From a virus (taxonomy: Duplodnaviria; Caudoviricetes): a stretch of DNA of 64,000 nt. Shown piece after piece: positions 8,698 through 19,713 of this stretch (the stretch's first letter is position 1; each line of letters opens with the position of its first letter). Made by a program: the position numbers and the translations under genes. Under the pieces are notes generated by a model that saw only the letters and a program-made list of their open reading frames with translations, ran no database searches and was not told the origin of the DNA. The stretch lies in the IMG/VR virus record IMGVR_UViG_3300037991_002562, positions 44,869 through 108,868 of that record, one strand, 5' to 3'.

Positions 8698-11052
8698 ATG
8701 AAAATAGCAATCATCCAAAAATGCCCATCCAAGACTGAATACCAGAAACTGTTCATGTTACAGAATCACGAGGTAGAAGTCTACAACCTATCAAGTACTA
8801 AGGTTTCTCGGCTACTTAAACGAGATATAGACCTTACAGACTTCGACCCAACTAAATTCGACTACGTAATCCTCGTAGGTTCTGAAGCTCTAAAAAACTA
8901 TACAAAACAAACATCAGTAACCGATTATACCGGAAAACAAGTTGAAGGTAAATGCGGTTATCCTAATTTCATTGCTAGTATATCACCAGCGATGTTAGCA
9001 TTTAAACCAGAAAACAAGCCTGTGTTTGACTTAACTGTAAAAGCTATCCATAATATATTTGGTGGCGTTGAAGAAGACATGGCAAATAAAAACTACGAGT
9101 TCTACAGAGAGACTGAAGATATTAAGAAGTTTCTTAGAAGAGCTGAAGCCCACGGAACTGACGTAGTAGCGCTCGACTCCGAAACCAGTGCATTAGAACC
9201 TAGAGAAGGGTACATGCTCGGTATCTCTGTAACATACGAGCTTCACCAAGGAGCTTACCTAGACTCGGATGGACTAGACCAAGAATGTGTTGATATTCTA
9301 CAAAAAATTATCGATACTAAGGACGTAGTATTCCACAATGCTAAGTTCGATATGAAGTGGTTTCTTTACCATTTAGGCGTAAGGTTTGACCACAGAGAAG
9401 GTCACGTACACGATACAATGATTCTTCACTATCTGTTAGACGAGCGACAAGGTACTCACGGACTGAAATCTTTGGCACTTAAATACACAGACTTAGGGGC
9501 ATACGATGATGAACTTGACGAGTGGAAGAAAGATTACATAAAACAGTATTCTATTGACCCAGACACATTCTCGTATGACCTAATACCTTGGGACATAATC
9601 AAGGTGTATGCAGCAAAAGATACAGATGCTACATTCCAACTGTTCCGTAAGTTCTACCCTATTCTTATTAAGAACAACAAATTAAAATACTGTTACGAAG
9701 AGCTACAACTACCAGCACTTCACTTCTTAACTAGAATGGAAGACCGTGGAGTTCCGGTATCTGCTAACAGACTTCTAGAAGCTAATAACTACCTAGACAG
9801 TCAGCTATCAGCTTACCGTAAGCAGCTATGGGAAGTAGAAGAAGTAATAGAGCTAGAGCAAGAGCAAGGAGCAGTGTTTAATCCTAACTCTGTTCAGCAA
9901 ATTAGAAAGCTACTGTTTGATAAAGTAGGCTTAAAACCGACAGGTAAATTGACAGGCACAGGTGCAATCTCAGTAGACAAAGAGGTGCTAGACACTCTAG
10001 CTGCTCAGCATAAAGTACCAAAGCTTATTAAGAATATCAGAACGCATTTAAAACTTAAATCAACCTACATATCTAAGCTAATACCGTGTATTAATTCAGA
10101 TAGTAGAGTACGAACAGGGTTTCACCAAACCACGACCACTTCGGGTCGATTGTCCTCATCAGGTCGATTTAACATGCAGCAGCTCCCAAGAGATAATCCT
10201 ATTATCAAAGGTTGTGTAGTTCCTCCTGAAGGTTATAAAATAGTAGCCTTGGACTTAACCACCGCAGAAATTTATTTTGCGGCTGTCTTATCGGAAGATA
10301 AGGCAATGCAGCAAGTATTTATCAACATGAAGAAAGACCCTGATAAATACCCTGATTTTCATAGCAACATAGCACATATGGTGTTTAACTTACCATGCGA
10401 ACCTAAAGATGTAAAAGAGTTATATCCTGCGCTAAGACAGGCAGCAAAAGCCATTAGCTTCGGCATTTTATACGGGTCAGGCCCAGCTAAGGTAGCAGAA
10501 GCGGTTAACCTAGCGTTCCTAGAGAATGACCAACCTGCAACTTGTACTGTAGAAGATGCTAAAGGATATATCCAAGACTACTTCCGCAGATTCAAGCAGC
10601 TTAAACGTTGGATTGATGAATGTCATAACCAAATCAAAGAGCATGGTTTCATCTATAACCACTTTGGTAGAAAGCGCAGACTACGCAATATTAACTCTAA
10701 AGACAGAGGTATTGCTTCTGGTGAAGTTCGTTCAGGATTTAACGCAATCATCCAGTCTATCTCTAGTGATTCATTGCTACTAGGTGCGATTGATGCTGAT
10801 AAGGAAATCATAGAAAAAGGATTCCCTGCTGAAATCTTCGCTCTAGTACATGACTCCATCGTGGCAATTGTTAGAGAAGACAAAGTAGAAGAGTACATCG
10901 AGCTAGTAACTAGAAATGTACAAAAAGACCGTGGATGTTCAATCCCTGATTGTCCTGTTGGTCTAGAGGCGGACTCAGAGCCAGGTGGTTCTAGAGACTA
11001 TTCTTGTGGTAAATTAGAAGCTAAGTATCCAGACTTAGCTAAGGTAGCATAA
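8698..11052 (+). CDS. Family A DNA polymerase with 3'-5' exonuclease
   Basis: DSET, HNAKFD, YAAKD exo motifs; TSGRLSS, DLTTAE, RQAAKAISFGILYG, VHDS. Confidence 0.97.
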   Translation: MKIAIIQKCPSKTEYQKLFMLQNHEVEVYNLSSTKVSRLLKRDIDLTDFDPTKFDYVILVGSEALKNYTKQTSVTDYTGKQVEGKCGYPNFIASISPAMLAFKPENKPVFDLTVKAIHNIFGGVEEDMANKNYEFYRETEDIKKFLRRAEAHGTDVVALDSETSALEPREGYMLGISVTYELHQGAYLDSDGLDQECVDILQKIIDTKDVVFHNAKFDMKWFLYHLGVRFDHREGHVHDTMILHYLLDERQGTHGLKSLALKYTDLGAYDDELDEWKKDYIKQYSIDPDTFSYDLIPWDIIKVYAAKDTDATFQLFRKFYPILIKNNKLKYCYEELQLPALHFLTRMEDRGVPVSANRLLEANNYLDSQLSAYRKQLWEVEEVIELEQEQGAVFNPNSVQQIRKLLFDKVGLKPTGKLTGTGAISVDKEVLDTLAAQHKVPKLIKNIRTHLKLKSTYISKLIPCINSDSRVRTGFHQTTTTSGRLSSSGRFNMQQLPRDNPIIKGCVVPPEGYKIVALDLTTAEIYFAAVLSEDKAMQQVFINMKKDPDKYPDFHSNIAHMVFNLPCEPKDVKELYPALRQAAKAISFGILYGSGPAKVAEAVNLAFLENDQPATCTVEDAKGYIQDYFRRFKQLKRWIDECHNQIKEHGFIYNHFGRKRRLRNINSKDRGIASGEVRSGFNAIIQSISSDSLLLGAIDADKEIIEKGFPAEIFALVHDSIVAIVREDKVEEYIELVTRNVQKDRGCSIPDCPVGLEADSEPGGSRDYSCGKLEAKYPDLAKVA

Positions 11053-11390
11053 TGAGAAAATTACTTAAAGTTTTTGGAGCTGAGGGAAGCTCTGATGATA
11101 GTAGCTTTGTAACCTATCTATACAAGCTGGTTCTGCATAGAACCGGCCCTACTTCCCCACAGTCTGAGATCCCTATATACTTGGACAACAACAAAGTAGG
11201 TACTGTATTACTACCTAATGTGACAGATGGTACTTTATATCTAGCTTGTGACTTGACTATATCAGAAGAGTTGCTAAAGTTCTTAGTACCTTCGTTAACA
11301 TTAGCTAATTCTGGTTACGTTCATGTAGAGTTGAGAGTAAAAGAGGTGTTTGATGTTTCTGGAGTGCCAATTCCCGATCTACGAAATTAG
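11052..11390 (+). CDS. Hypothetical protein
   Basis: Translationally coupled to pol stop (TAATG). Confidence 0.55.
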   Translation: MRKLLKVFGAEGSSDDSSFVTYLYKLVLHRTGPTSPQSEIPIYLDNNKVGTVLLPNVTDGTLYLACDLTISEELLKFLVPSLTLANSGYVHVELRVKEVFDVSGVPIPDLRN

Positions 11391-11862
11391 GAAGTACGTA
11401 GATAAATTCGAGGAAGGTAACTACATTGTTATTCAAACTAACAGAACTAGATGGGTGCTTGACTATAAGTACAAAACCGACGACGATTATGCTATACGCA
11501 GAATGAAGTTAAAAACCGACCCACTTTGTCCGTACAAAGTGTATCCGCTATATAAGATGCACAGGACAATAGGGCAGGTAATTCGTTCTAAGCATAGAGA
11601 GTTTATAGATAGCACAGGTCGTATGATTTTATATAAGCCTGCTAAGTTCTATAATATTAAAATAGCCAAGATAAGAGCGTCTTGGCTAACTCAAACAGGG
11701 CATCGAGCGTATAAGGTTTTAGAAACTAATAGAACATTTGTATCTATTGACGGTCAGTACACCCATATAGCCTATGTTGAAGTAGGTAGGCGTACCTTTT
11801 TAATTGATTTAATAACTTCCAAGGAGCTTCCAGAGTTCAAAACAGTTAGAACAAAAATATGA
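11350..11862 (+). CDS. Conserved T5-like hypothetical protein preceding D10
   Basis: FPIY, FIDSTG motifs; synteny. Confidence 0.7.
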   Translation: MMFLECQFPIYEIRKYVDKFEEGNYIVIQTNRTRWVLDYKYKTDDDYAIRRMKLKTDPLCPYKVYPLYKMHRTIGQVIRSKHREFIDSTGRMILYKPAKFYNIKIAKIRASWLTQTGHRAYKVLETNRTFVSIDGQYTHIAYVEVGRRTFLIDLITSKELPEFKTVRTKI

Positions 11863-13507
11863 GAAAAAAGGCAGTAATATCTAACAAGATATATTTGAAC
11901 TGTTCTAAAGGTTCGGACTTACAGCACAAGCTAGAGTCCGAACTAACTTATGAAATAAATCAACAACCTATCTCAGAGTTCCCTTTGGTTATTAGACACC
12001 TTACTAGGATATCTGATATGGTTGTTTCATTCCCCGCAGGTAGAGTAGACCTAATACCAGATGATTACGAAATTGTAGACAAACGTAGTTATGAAGAAGC
12101 TGAAATACCAGAGCCTAGTTTTACGCTAAGAGAGAATCAAGCAGAAGCTAATGATTATTTCAGCGATGGTATGTCTGGTATTATCAACTGTAAACCGGGT
12201 TAGTGTAACCTTAGCTCGGTATAAACTCTTCTAATTGCTGGAACGTCCTTAGAGCTTTTTAACTACAGCGTAACTGGAAACGGTAAGCGCGAATGTTTGA
12301 AAATAAAAAGATTGGATAATCAGCAGCTAAGACCCTAAAATGGGTAAAGTTCAGAGACTATCCCTATATGGGAGTAGGCTTCAACGGAAGTCGAAATGGA
12401 GAGTAATATCATTAAGATATTAAAGATATAGTCCGATCTTTATCGAAAGATAAAGAGCGTCAGGTAACGGTCTGACGCGTAACATAAATGTGGGGTAAGT
12501 CCATATGTGCTATGGGCTTAATAGCTAAGTACCAATTAAAGACCTTAATAGTAACTACTACCACAGTTATACGTGATATGTGGGTTAAGGAAATAAAACA
12601 GCACTTTGGTATAGAGCCTTGTGTTATTGGAGGTGGGAAGGTTATAAATCCCGAATCTCCAATAGCCGTAGGTAATATACAAACAGTAGAGAAGATTATC
12701 CAAAAGGAAAGCGGTACGTATGGAATGCTGATAATCGACGAGTGCCACCATTGTTCTGCCAATACATTTACCAAAGTTCTGAACGTATCTAGAGCATCTA
12801 TAAAAATAGGTCTTAGTGGTACATTGACCAGACGAGACGGTAAACACGTACTGTTTAACGACTTCTTTGGTTCCAAGAGGTTTGTTGGTAAAGATGAAAA
12901 CCGTATGAAGCCTACTGTGTGGGTTTATAGGTCAGCAGTACAAATTCCATCCAACTCTATGATTCCGTGGGCACGCCGCGCCAACGCAGTTATGGAAGAC
13001 CCACGACATTTAAGTGATGTTATTTTTATAACTAAAATATTGGAGCAGCTAGGGCACAGAGTTTTGGTGGTTGCAGATAGGGTAGAGTTTTTAGAAAAAG
13101 CTCACAAGGCATTACCTTATAGCTTAATAATAGCTAAGAACATGGCCGCTACCGCCGAAGAGCGGGAGATAGTCATGAATGCTGTTAAACAAGGAAAAGC
13201 ATTATCATTGTGTGCAACACAATCTATTTTCTCCGAAGGTGTGTCACTTAACGAACTATCTGCATTAGTTGCAGGGTCTTTAATCAGCTCTGAAGAGTTA
13301 CTTGAGCAGCTTATTGGTAGGGTTCAAAGACCTGCTAATAATAAGCTACCTCCTATAGTAGTAGATATAAGACTAGAGGGTGAAACAGCTAGAAGACAGT
13401 TCTATAACAGGAAAGCTCTGTATACAAGAGAGGGCTGGGAAGTTAAAGAAATAAGCAGGGCGGCAATGCTGGACTTGGTGAAACAACATGAGCAAACAAT
13501 TAGCTAG
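11859..13507 (+). CDS. D10: D10-like SF2 helicase, join(11859..12200,12491..13507)
   Basis: Spliced Walker A CKPG|WGKS, LRENQ Q-motif, DECH, GLSGT, QLIGRVQR. Confidence 0.92.
12201..12490 (+). ncRNA. Group I self-splicing intron, no internal ORF
   Basis: P AATTGCTGGAA, Q AATCAGCAG, R GTTCAGAGACTA, S AAGATATAGTCC; P1 ACCGGGT/GCTCGGT with U.G at the splice site; terminal G; removal restores the frame. Confidence 0.95.
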
Positions 13508-13787
13508 CACTACACTTAACCTCATACTTGCAGAGGTTTCTAAAGACTTAGTAGACCCTAGCATGGGAGACCATAAGAAGTATTGGCAAATACTATCTAC
13601 AGGTATAGAGAAGTTTATACAGAAAATGGCCTCCTGTGAACATAGCAATACCGTAACCAAGTTGAGCAACGGTGGCTTGTCTGGGTCAGGTAAGAAAATA
13701 ATAAGCAAAATAACTCACTGCGAAGATTGTGGTAGAGTTTTAAGCACAGAAGTATTTGGAAAGGCTAATAATCTAGATACCCTGTAG
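13488..13787 (+). CDS. Hypothetical protein with Cys/His Zn-ribbon-like motifs
   Basis: CEH...HCEDCG. Confidence 0.55.
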   Translation: MSKQLASTTLNLILAEVSKDLVDPSMGDHKKYWQILSTGIEKFIQKMASCEHSNTVTKLSNGGLSGSGKKIISKITHCEDCGRVLSTEVFGKANNLDTL

Positions 13788-13810
13788 TGCAAATAAAATT
13801 AAAATATTTC

Positions 13811-13839
13811 TTGACATTTCGATCTATTATGTATATAAT
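13811..13839 (+). promoter_or_regulatory. Consensus sigma70 promoter
   Basis: TTGACA-17-TATAAT. Confidence 0.9.
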
Positions 13840-13867
13840 GACTTTTCAAATTGAGGGATTAAACAAA

Positions 13868-14191
13868 ATGACATACTTCGATTATGAATACTGTTACATA
13901 TTAGGTGCAGGAATGCCTAAGAAAATACTGCGAGCTTTCGAGCTAACAAAAAACAGACGTGGCAACGATTTCCTAATAAATGAAGAGGGCTTACTTAAAT
14001 CTAAAGCTTCTGCCTTACATAAGGCTCAATACTTAGGACTTGCTGCGTTACGTAACTATGATGACTACGCAGAGTCTCAAAGAAAAACACTCAGTAGAGG
14101 GCTTATCCCAAACTGGATTAAACTAGGGGAGTTAGAAACCAACCCCCTGATTACTATAACAGAAACAGAAATTATTTTAAATAAGGAATAA
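13868..14191 (+). CDS. Conserved T5-like protein preceding D11
   Basis: YLGLAALRNY, NPLI motifs; start set after GAGG RBS. Confidence 0.7.
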   Translation: MTYFDYEYCYILGAGMPKKILRAFELTKNRRGNDFLINEEGLLKSKASALHKAQYLGLAALRNYDDYAESQRKTLSRGLIPNWIKLGELETNPLITITETEIILNKE

Positions 14192-14197
14192 ATACAT

Positions 14198-14869
14198 ATG
14201 CTATCATTTGACGATTTACAAGGCGAAGCTAAAAAAGGCTCTAAAGTTAATTACATGAAACTACAAGACGGCACTAACCGTTTCCGTATTGTTGGTGACA
14301 TTCTACCAGGTTACTTTTACTGGGTGAAAGGAGCAACTGGCGACGACCGCTCATTTGAATGCTTGCAGTTTGATCGTAACACAGAGAAGTTTAATTCTAG
14401 CTTACCAGACCCTGTTAAAGAGCTTAACCTACAGGATGGTAAAGGTAACGACTTACGTTGCGGTTGGGGATACCGTTGCCAAGTAATAAACGAAGCAACA
14501 GGCAACCTAGAGGTACTAACTCTTAAGAAAGGTATGCTACAAGATATCATCAAGTTTGCTAAAAAGCAAAAAATCAACCCAACTAGCTACGAGAAAGGTT
14601 GCTGGATTACAGTAGAGCGTAAGAAAACTGGCCCGAAAGTGTTCAACGTAGCTTACGATGTAGACCCATTCAGCTTTGTATCTGAGCCTCTATTAGAGGA
14701 GCACATGGAAAAGGTTAAAGACCTTAAACCAATGGCTGAAATTTTCCCACGTGAGACAGCAGAAGAACAACGTGCTCGTCTTAAAGTTCACCTAGAAGGT
14801 GCTCCGGCGGAAAACTCAGAGTCTGAAGAAGAAGCGACAGCAGAAGCAATGAACGAACTAGAAGACTAA
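14198..14869 (+). CDS. D11: D11-like single-stranded DNA-binding protein
   Basis: DGTNRFRIVG, acidic C-terminal tail, synteny. Confidence 0.8.
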   Translation: MLSFDDLQGEAKKGSKVNYMKLQDGTNRFRIVGDILPGYFYWVKGATGDDRSFECLQFDRNTEKFNSSLPDPVKELNLQDGKGNDLRCGWGYRCQVINEATGNLEVLTLKKGMLQDIIKFAKKQKINPTSYEKGCWITVERKKTGPKVFNVAYDVDPFSFVSEPLLEEHMEKVKDLKPMAEIFPRETAEEQRARLKVHLEGAPAENSESEEEATAEAMNELED

Positions 14870-14876
14870 TTAGTTC

Positions 14877-14906
14877 GAAGAGGGTGGCGAAAGTCACCCT
14901 TCTTTT
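14877..14906 (+). terminator. Rho-independent terminator
   Basis: AGGGTGGC-GAAA-GTCACCCT then TCTTTT. Confidence 0.75.
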
Positions 14907-14916
14907 AAGGAATTAC

Positions 14917-15864
14917 ATGGATCATATTTTCGTAGCAGACATTCACATAAAGTTAGGACAAAAGAATGTACCTAGTGAATGGCAGCGCAATCGAGTAATG
15001 CTACTAGCAAAAGAGTTAAATGAATACAAAGATAAAACATTGGTAATTGGTGGAGACTTGCTTGATGTAGCTAAGCCTACTATGCCAGAAGTGTGTTTGA
15101 TGTATGACTTCCTTAGAGCGCTAGAGCACGAAGAAATAATTTTAATACCTGGAAACCATGAAATGCTTACTAAGAAAAAGGATTGCTTTGAAGTTTGCGA
15201 CCAAATATTTAAAGACCTTAATATAACATTAGTTAGAGATTTCCAGACGATAAACAATGTAGACTACATCCCGTATAACATACTATTATCAGATAGTTGG
15301 AGCACTCCAAAGTCTACACTAGCAGTAACCCACGTACGCGGGGAAATCCCACCACACGTTAAACCAGAAGTAGAGCTTTCCAAGTTCTCCCACTATGAAA
15401 AAGTATTCTGCGGAGATTTACACTCTCGTAAAAACTCCCAGTTAAATCTTATATATCCAGGTAGCCCATACACTACTAGCTTTCATAGAAGTGTATCAAA
15501 GGGAGCAAATGGTATTGTATTATTTGATTCTAATACCGGAGAGCATGAGTGGAAAGAGCTAAACCTACCACAACTATTAAGACTTACTATTACCGACCCT
15601 GAAGAAGCAATACCTGGCGAGTATCACCACACTCTTTATGAGATTGAGGGTAACTTAGCCGACCTATCTAAAGTTAAGAATAACGAACTATTAGATAAGA
15701 AAGTAGCAAAAGATATTGTAACTCCTCCAACTCTAGAGCTAACAGGTGACATATCCGACGAGCTTCAAACATATCTTAAAGGAGTTAAGGATATTAAGGG
15801 AGAAGGTATGTCAAGACTTCTTACTATATTTAAAGAAGCACTACAAGGAGTAGACGACGTATGA
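14917..15864 (+). CDS. D12: D12 SbcD/Mre11-like nuclease
   Basis: ADIH, GGDLLD, PGNHE, GDLH, YPGSP metallophosphoesterase motifs. Confidence 0.9.
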   Translation: MDHIFVADIHIKLGQKNVPSEWQRNRVMLLAKELNEYKDKTLVIGGDLLDVAKPTMPEVCLMYDFLRALEHEEIILIPGNHEMLTKKKDCFEVCDQIFKDLNITLVRDFQTINNVDYIPYNILLSDSWSTPKSTLAVTHVRGEIPPHVKPEVELSKFSHYEKVFCGDLHSRKNSQLNLIYPGSPYTTSFHRSVSKGANGIVLFDSNTGEHEWKELNLPQLLRLTITDPEEAIPGEYHHTLYEIEGNLADLSKVKNNELLDKKVAKDIVTPPTLELTGDISDELQTYLKGVKDIKGEGMSRLLTIFKEALQGVDDV

Positions 15865-17699
15865 TTACGATAAAAAAGCTAAAATTTAGCAATATGTTCT
15901 CCTATGGTGAGAATAATGAGATTATCCTAAACAACTCTAACGTGCTTCAACTTGTAGGTAAGAACGGTGCAGGTAAAAGTTCAATACCGACAATACTTGA
16001 AGAGCTTCTGTATAATAAAAACTCTAGAGGCACTAAAAAGGCAGATATAAAAAACCGATACACGGACGCTAACTATTACTCAGGTACAGTTGAGTTTGAC
16101 GTAGACGGTGACGAATATATACTAGAGAAAGTAGTAAAGAGCAGCACAAAACTTACGCTAACTAAAAACGGGGAAGATATATCAGGACACACCCCTACTC
16201 AGACTTACAAAAAGTTAGAAACGGAAATTCTAAAACTAGATTTCAACACATTTAGTAAGTTAGTGTACCAGTCAATGAACAGCTCTTTGGACTTCTTGAA
16301 AGCTACCGACTCTAAGAGAAAAGAGTTCTTAATATCACTTCTATCCTTAGACAAATACGTTACTATTCACAATAGAATTAAAGAAGTTGTGAAAGAGGCT
16401 AAAGACGTATTAACAGGACATAAGGCCGTCGCTGCGGCCAAAGAATCCGAAATAAAGTCTAACAGAGCTATTGAGGTTACGTATAATGCAAAAGAAGTAC
16501 CTGTAGTAGACGAAACTATTAGAGACGAGATTGCGAATCTTAAAGCTATAGAGTCTCAGCGTGAAAAGATTCAGGAAAGAACTATTAGATACGCTAGGGC
16601 TTTTAAAGCAAAAGAAGCTGCTAAGCTGGCGTGGGAAGTTTTTGAACTCCCAAAAGATAAACCTGAAGCTCCCGATACTGAGCACTTAAAAAATCTATAC
16701 AAAGAAGCTCAAAATGTACAAGGACAAATTAACTCTTTAAGAAAGAGTATTAGGGAGCTAGAGTCCGGAGTAGGAAAATGTTCCGCATGTGGACAAGAAT
16801 TGCCGGACAGCGAAAGTAAACAAGAACATTTACTATGCCTTAAAAAGGAGCTGAATGAGCTCGTAGAGTACCAACAAGGTAAGCAAAGAGAGCATGAAGA
16901 AGGTAATCGCAAAGCTAGTGAATATTCCAAGCATCAATTACTTGTAGAGAAGCAAGCAGACCTTAAAACAGCCTTTGAAAACGCACAAGAAGCACTAGAA
17001 AATACTGAAAAGCCGGATGCTTTACCTGACTCTGTTGAGGACGAAATAACTAGACTTACTGCTGAATACAATAGACAAACTGTTGCTAAGCAACAAGCTG
17101 AACAGCACAACACTCTGCGCGCTAAGCAAATTGCTAAATACGAAGCGCAGAAAGAGTTAGTAGCTCAAGCTAAAGAGAAACTAAAATCTACTCAAGAGTC
17201 TATACGAGAATACGAAGCTTATTTAGAAGATGTGAAGATACTAGAGAGTGCGTTCGGGCCGAAAGGTCTTGTACAGTATAAGATAGAATCTAACATCAAA
17301 GTATTTGAAGCACTAATTAACGAATACTTAGTTCTATTAAGTAATGGTGACTTCAACATTAGATTCCAGATTGAGGATTCTAAACTTCGTATAGTAGTGT
17401 TCCAACACGGTGAAGAAATCGATATAAACTCAGCATCTAGTGGTGAGTTCAACAATATTAACACAGCTACCTTACTAGCGGTAAGGAAGATGATGACTTC
17501 AATCTCTAAAGTAAGTATTAATATACTATTCTTAGATGAAGTTATTTCTGTACTAGACGTAGAGTCTAGAGAGAATTTGATAGATATTTTAGTTAAAGAG
17601 CAGAACCTTAACTCAGTAGTGGTTAGTCATGGGTTTGAGCATCCTTTAGCAGACACGGTATCTATAGTTAAAGAAGGAAAAACTTCAAAATGCAAATAA
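15861..17699 (+). CDS. D13: D13 SbcC/Rad50-like ATPase
   Basis: GKNGAGKS, CSACG hook, SSGE signature, LFLDE. Confidence 0.93.
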   Translation: MITIKKLKFSNMFSYGENNEIILNNSNVLQLVGKNGAGKSSIPTILEELLYNKNSRGTKKADIKNRYTDANYYSGTVEFDVDGDEYILEKVVKSSTKLTLTKNGEDISGHTPTQTYKKLETEILKLDFNTFSKLVYQSMNSSLDFLKATDSKRKEFLISLLSLDKYVTIHNRIKEVVKEAKDVLTGHKAVAAAKESEIKSNRAIEVTYNAKEVPVVDETIRDEIANLKAIESQREKIQERTIRYARAFKAKEAAKLAWEVFELPKDKPEAPDTEHLKNLYKEAQNVQGQINSLRKSIRELESGVGKCSACGQELPDSESKQEHLLCLKKELNELVEYQQGKQREHEEGNRKASEYSKHQLLVEKQADLKTAFENAQEALENTEKPDALPDSVEDEITRLTAEYNRQTVAKQQAEQHNTLRAKQIAKYEAQKELVAQAKEKLKSTQESIREYEAYLEDVKILESAFGPKGLVQYKIESNIKVFEALINEYLVLLSNGDFNIRFQIEDSKLRIVVFQHGEEIDINSASSGEFNNINTATLLAVRKMMTSISKVSINILFLDEVISVLDVESRENLIDILVKEQNLNSVVVSHGFEHPLADTVSIVKEGKTSKCK

Positions 17700-17959
17700 A
17701 GAAAACACTATCCACAGATGGACTACGTAGACTAAGCAGTAAAATAGATGAGTTAATAATAAGCGGAGCTTATAAACATGCTCAGGTAGTTTATGTAGAA
17801 CCTTTCGATGACCACTATATGCAAATGCTACAAACTAAGCACTATGAGTTGCCGGAAAAAGAGCAAGAAGAGAAACTTAGAGAGTTGTTACACGCTAAAG
17901 AGCAAATTCAAAACGCTCTTATCGATAGGTTAGCAGAGGAAATAAAGAGTGGGAAGTAA
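17690..17959 (+). CDS. Hypothetical protein
   Basis: Overlaps both neighbours in the operon. Confidence 0.55.
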   Translation: MQIKKTLSTDGLRRLSSKIDELIISGAYKHAQVVYVEPFDDHYMQMLQTKHYELPEKEQEEKLRELLHAKEQIQNALIDRLAEEIKSGK

Positions 17960-18398
17960 ACAGTCAGCAAAAGGTTCTCGATTCGAGTACAAGATAAGAG
18001 ATATGCTTACTGAGAAAACTGGCGTTAAGTGGGACAGAGTTCCACTTAGCGGAGCAGGTACAATGAAAGGTGATTTATACTGCCTGACTAACCACTATTA
18101 CTATTGCTTTGAATGCAAGTCTTTTAAAGACACAGTAATTCAAGAGAACCTACTATCAGCTAAATCAAATAACATATTCTCTTGGTGGGAACAAACGCTT
18201 AGAGAAGCAAAAGAAATGAATAGAAAGCCTGCTCTAGTATTTAAGAAAGACAGGGGCAAACCTATTATAGCAGTCGAAGAAGACATTGAAGGAATTAATA
18301 AATTCTCCATTACCGCTTTTGGCATGGAGGGAGTTAACCTTTATCTGTTCACCGACTGGCTAGCAGTTAAAAAAGTAGAGGAAATAATACTAGTATGA
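17949..18398 (+). CDS. D14: D14 Holliday junction resolvase-like PD-(D/E)xK nuclease
   Basis: KGSRFE, RVPLSGA, GD...ECK, WWEQ. Confidence 0.85.
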   Translation: MGSKQSAKGSRFEYKIRDMLTEKTGVKWDRVPLSGAGTMKGDLYCLTNHYYYCFECKSFKDTVIQENLLSAKSNNIFSWWEQTLREAKEMNRKPALVFKKDRGKPIIAVEEDIEGINKFSITAFGMEGVNLYLFTDWLAVKKVEEIILV

Positions 18399-19282
18399 AG
18401 GGAATTTTCGAATTAGAAGACGAAGGACTAGACACTAGAGACTTTGATGGGCAAAATAACTTGCTCCTAGTTGACGGTCTTAACCTAGGATTTAGATATA
18501 AACAACAAAGCTTATTTGACCACGCTGCTCCTTATATGAATACTGTTAACTCCTTAGCTAAATCCTACGGTTGCAATCATGTAATCGTAGGATCAGACTA
18601 CGGAAAATCTACTTTCAGAAAGGAAGTAAGCGAAGGCGAGTACAAAGCAAATCGTGAAATAATGCGAAAAGAACAGACTGAAGAAGAAGCCGAGAAATTT
18701 AAGAAGTTCTTGGAGGGCTTTGAAAAAGCCCTTGCTTTAGTCGGTACTATGCATCACACAATAAAACTTCGCAATGTGGAAATGGACGACATTGCTGCTT
18801 ACATTGTTAAAAAGTACGGACACTTATTTGACAACATTTGGTTAATCTCTTCAGATAAAGACTGGGATTTACTATTAAAGCCAAACGTACATAGGTTCTC
18901 CTACGTTACTAGAAAAGAGTACACTGTAGATAACTTTGCAGAATCCCATGAAGGTTGTGAAAATCCTGAGGACTACGTGTCTATGAAAGTGTTTTCTGGA
19001 GACCCCGGAGACAATGTTGCAGGGTTCCCAGGCGTAGGCGCAAAACGAGCTTACAATCTAATACGTGAGCATGGCTCAGCATTAGACGTATACGACGCGT
19101 TACCTCTAGCAGGTAAACAAAAATATATACAGTCAATTAATAACGACCCTGAGAAAATTCTTAGGAACTACGAATTAATGGACTTGCTTAGCTACTGCGA
19201 AGAAGCTATAAACCACCCAGACAATAACAATACAAAATTAATTGACGATATTATGCAGGAGATAATTAATGAGCTTGATTAA
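18395..19282 (+). CDS. D15: D15 flap endonuclease / 5'-3' exonuclease
   Basis: VDGLNL, YKANR, EMDD, SSDKDW, GDPGDNVAG.PGVGAKRA. Confidence 0.95.
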   Translation: MKGIFELEDEGLDTRDFDGQNNLLLVDGLNLGFRYKQQSLFDHAAPYMNTVNSLAKSYGCNHVIVGSDYGKSTFRKEVSEGEYKANREIMRKEQTEEEAEKFKKFLEGFEKALALVGTMHHTIKLRNVEMDDIAAYIVKKYGHLFDNIWLISSDKDWDLLLKPNVHRFSYVTRKEYTVDNFAESHEGCENPEDYVSMKVFSGDPGDNVAGFPGVGAKRAYNLIREHGSALDVYDALPLAGKQKYIQSINNDPEKILRNYELMDLLSYCEEAINHPDNNNTKLIDDIMQEIINELD

Positions 19283-19703
19283 AGTTAAATACGAAGAAAT
19301 GCAGGAAGCTAAACTGCGTAAGGCTACCGATGGATCTGCAGGCTACGACATAGCTGCTAACGACACAGTGGTTATACCTAGAGGCTGCAAGTCGAAAGTA
19401 ACTACGGGAGTAGCTTTAGAAGTACCTGAAGATATGTATGCAGAGCTAGTTCCTAGGTCTAGCTCTGGTAATAAAGGATACCGATTAGCTAATACTATGG
19501 GTATTATCGACTCAGACTTTAGAGGCTACATCGATATGTACATAGAGAATACAGGGTCTGCGGAGCTAATCATATACCCCGGTGACTATCTATGTCAGCT
19601 TATATTTAAGAAGAAAGAAAAAGTAACCTTTAAAGAGGTTAAAGAACTAAACGAAACTGCGCGCGGCGACGGCGGTTTTGGAAGTACAGACGAACTAGTA
19701 TAA
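19269..19703 (+). CDS. dut: Trimeric dUTPase
   Basis: AGYD, PRSS, GIIDSDFRG, RGDGGFGST. Confidence 0.96.
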   Translation: MSLIKVKYEEMQEAKLRKATDGSAGYDIAANDTVVIPRGCKSKVTTGVALEVPEDMYAELVPRSSSGNKGYRLANTMGIIDSDFRGYIDMYIENTGSAELIIYPGDYLCQLIFKKKEKVTFKEVKELNETARGDGGFGSTDELV

Positions 19704-19713
19704 GGAAAAACTA

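Noticed and set aside
8698-9100. N-terminal extension of the polymerase as a novel domain
   Set aside because: T5-type PolA enzymes carry a similar extension; not distinctive
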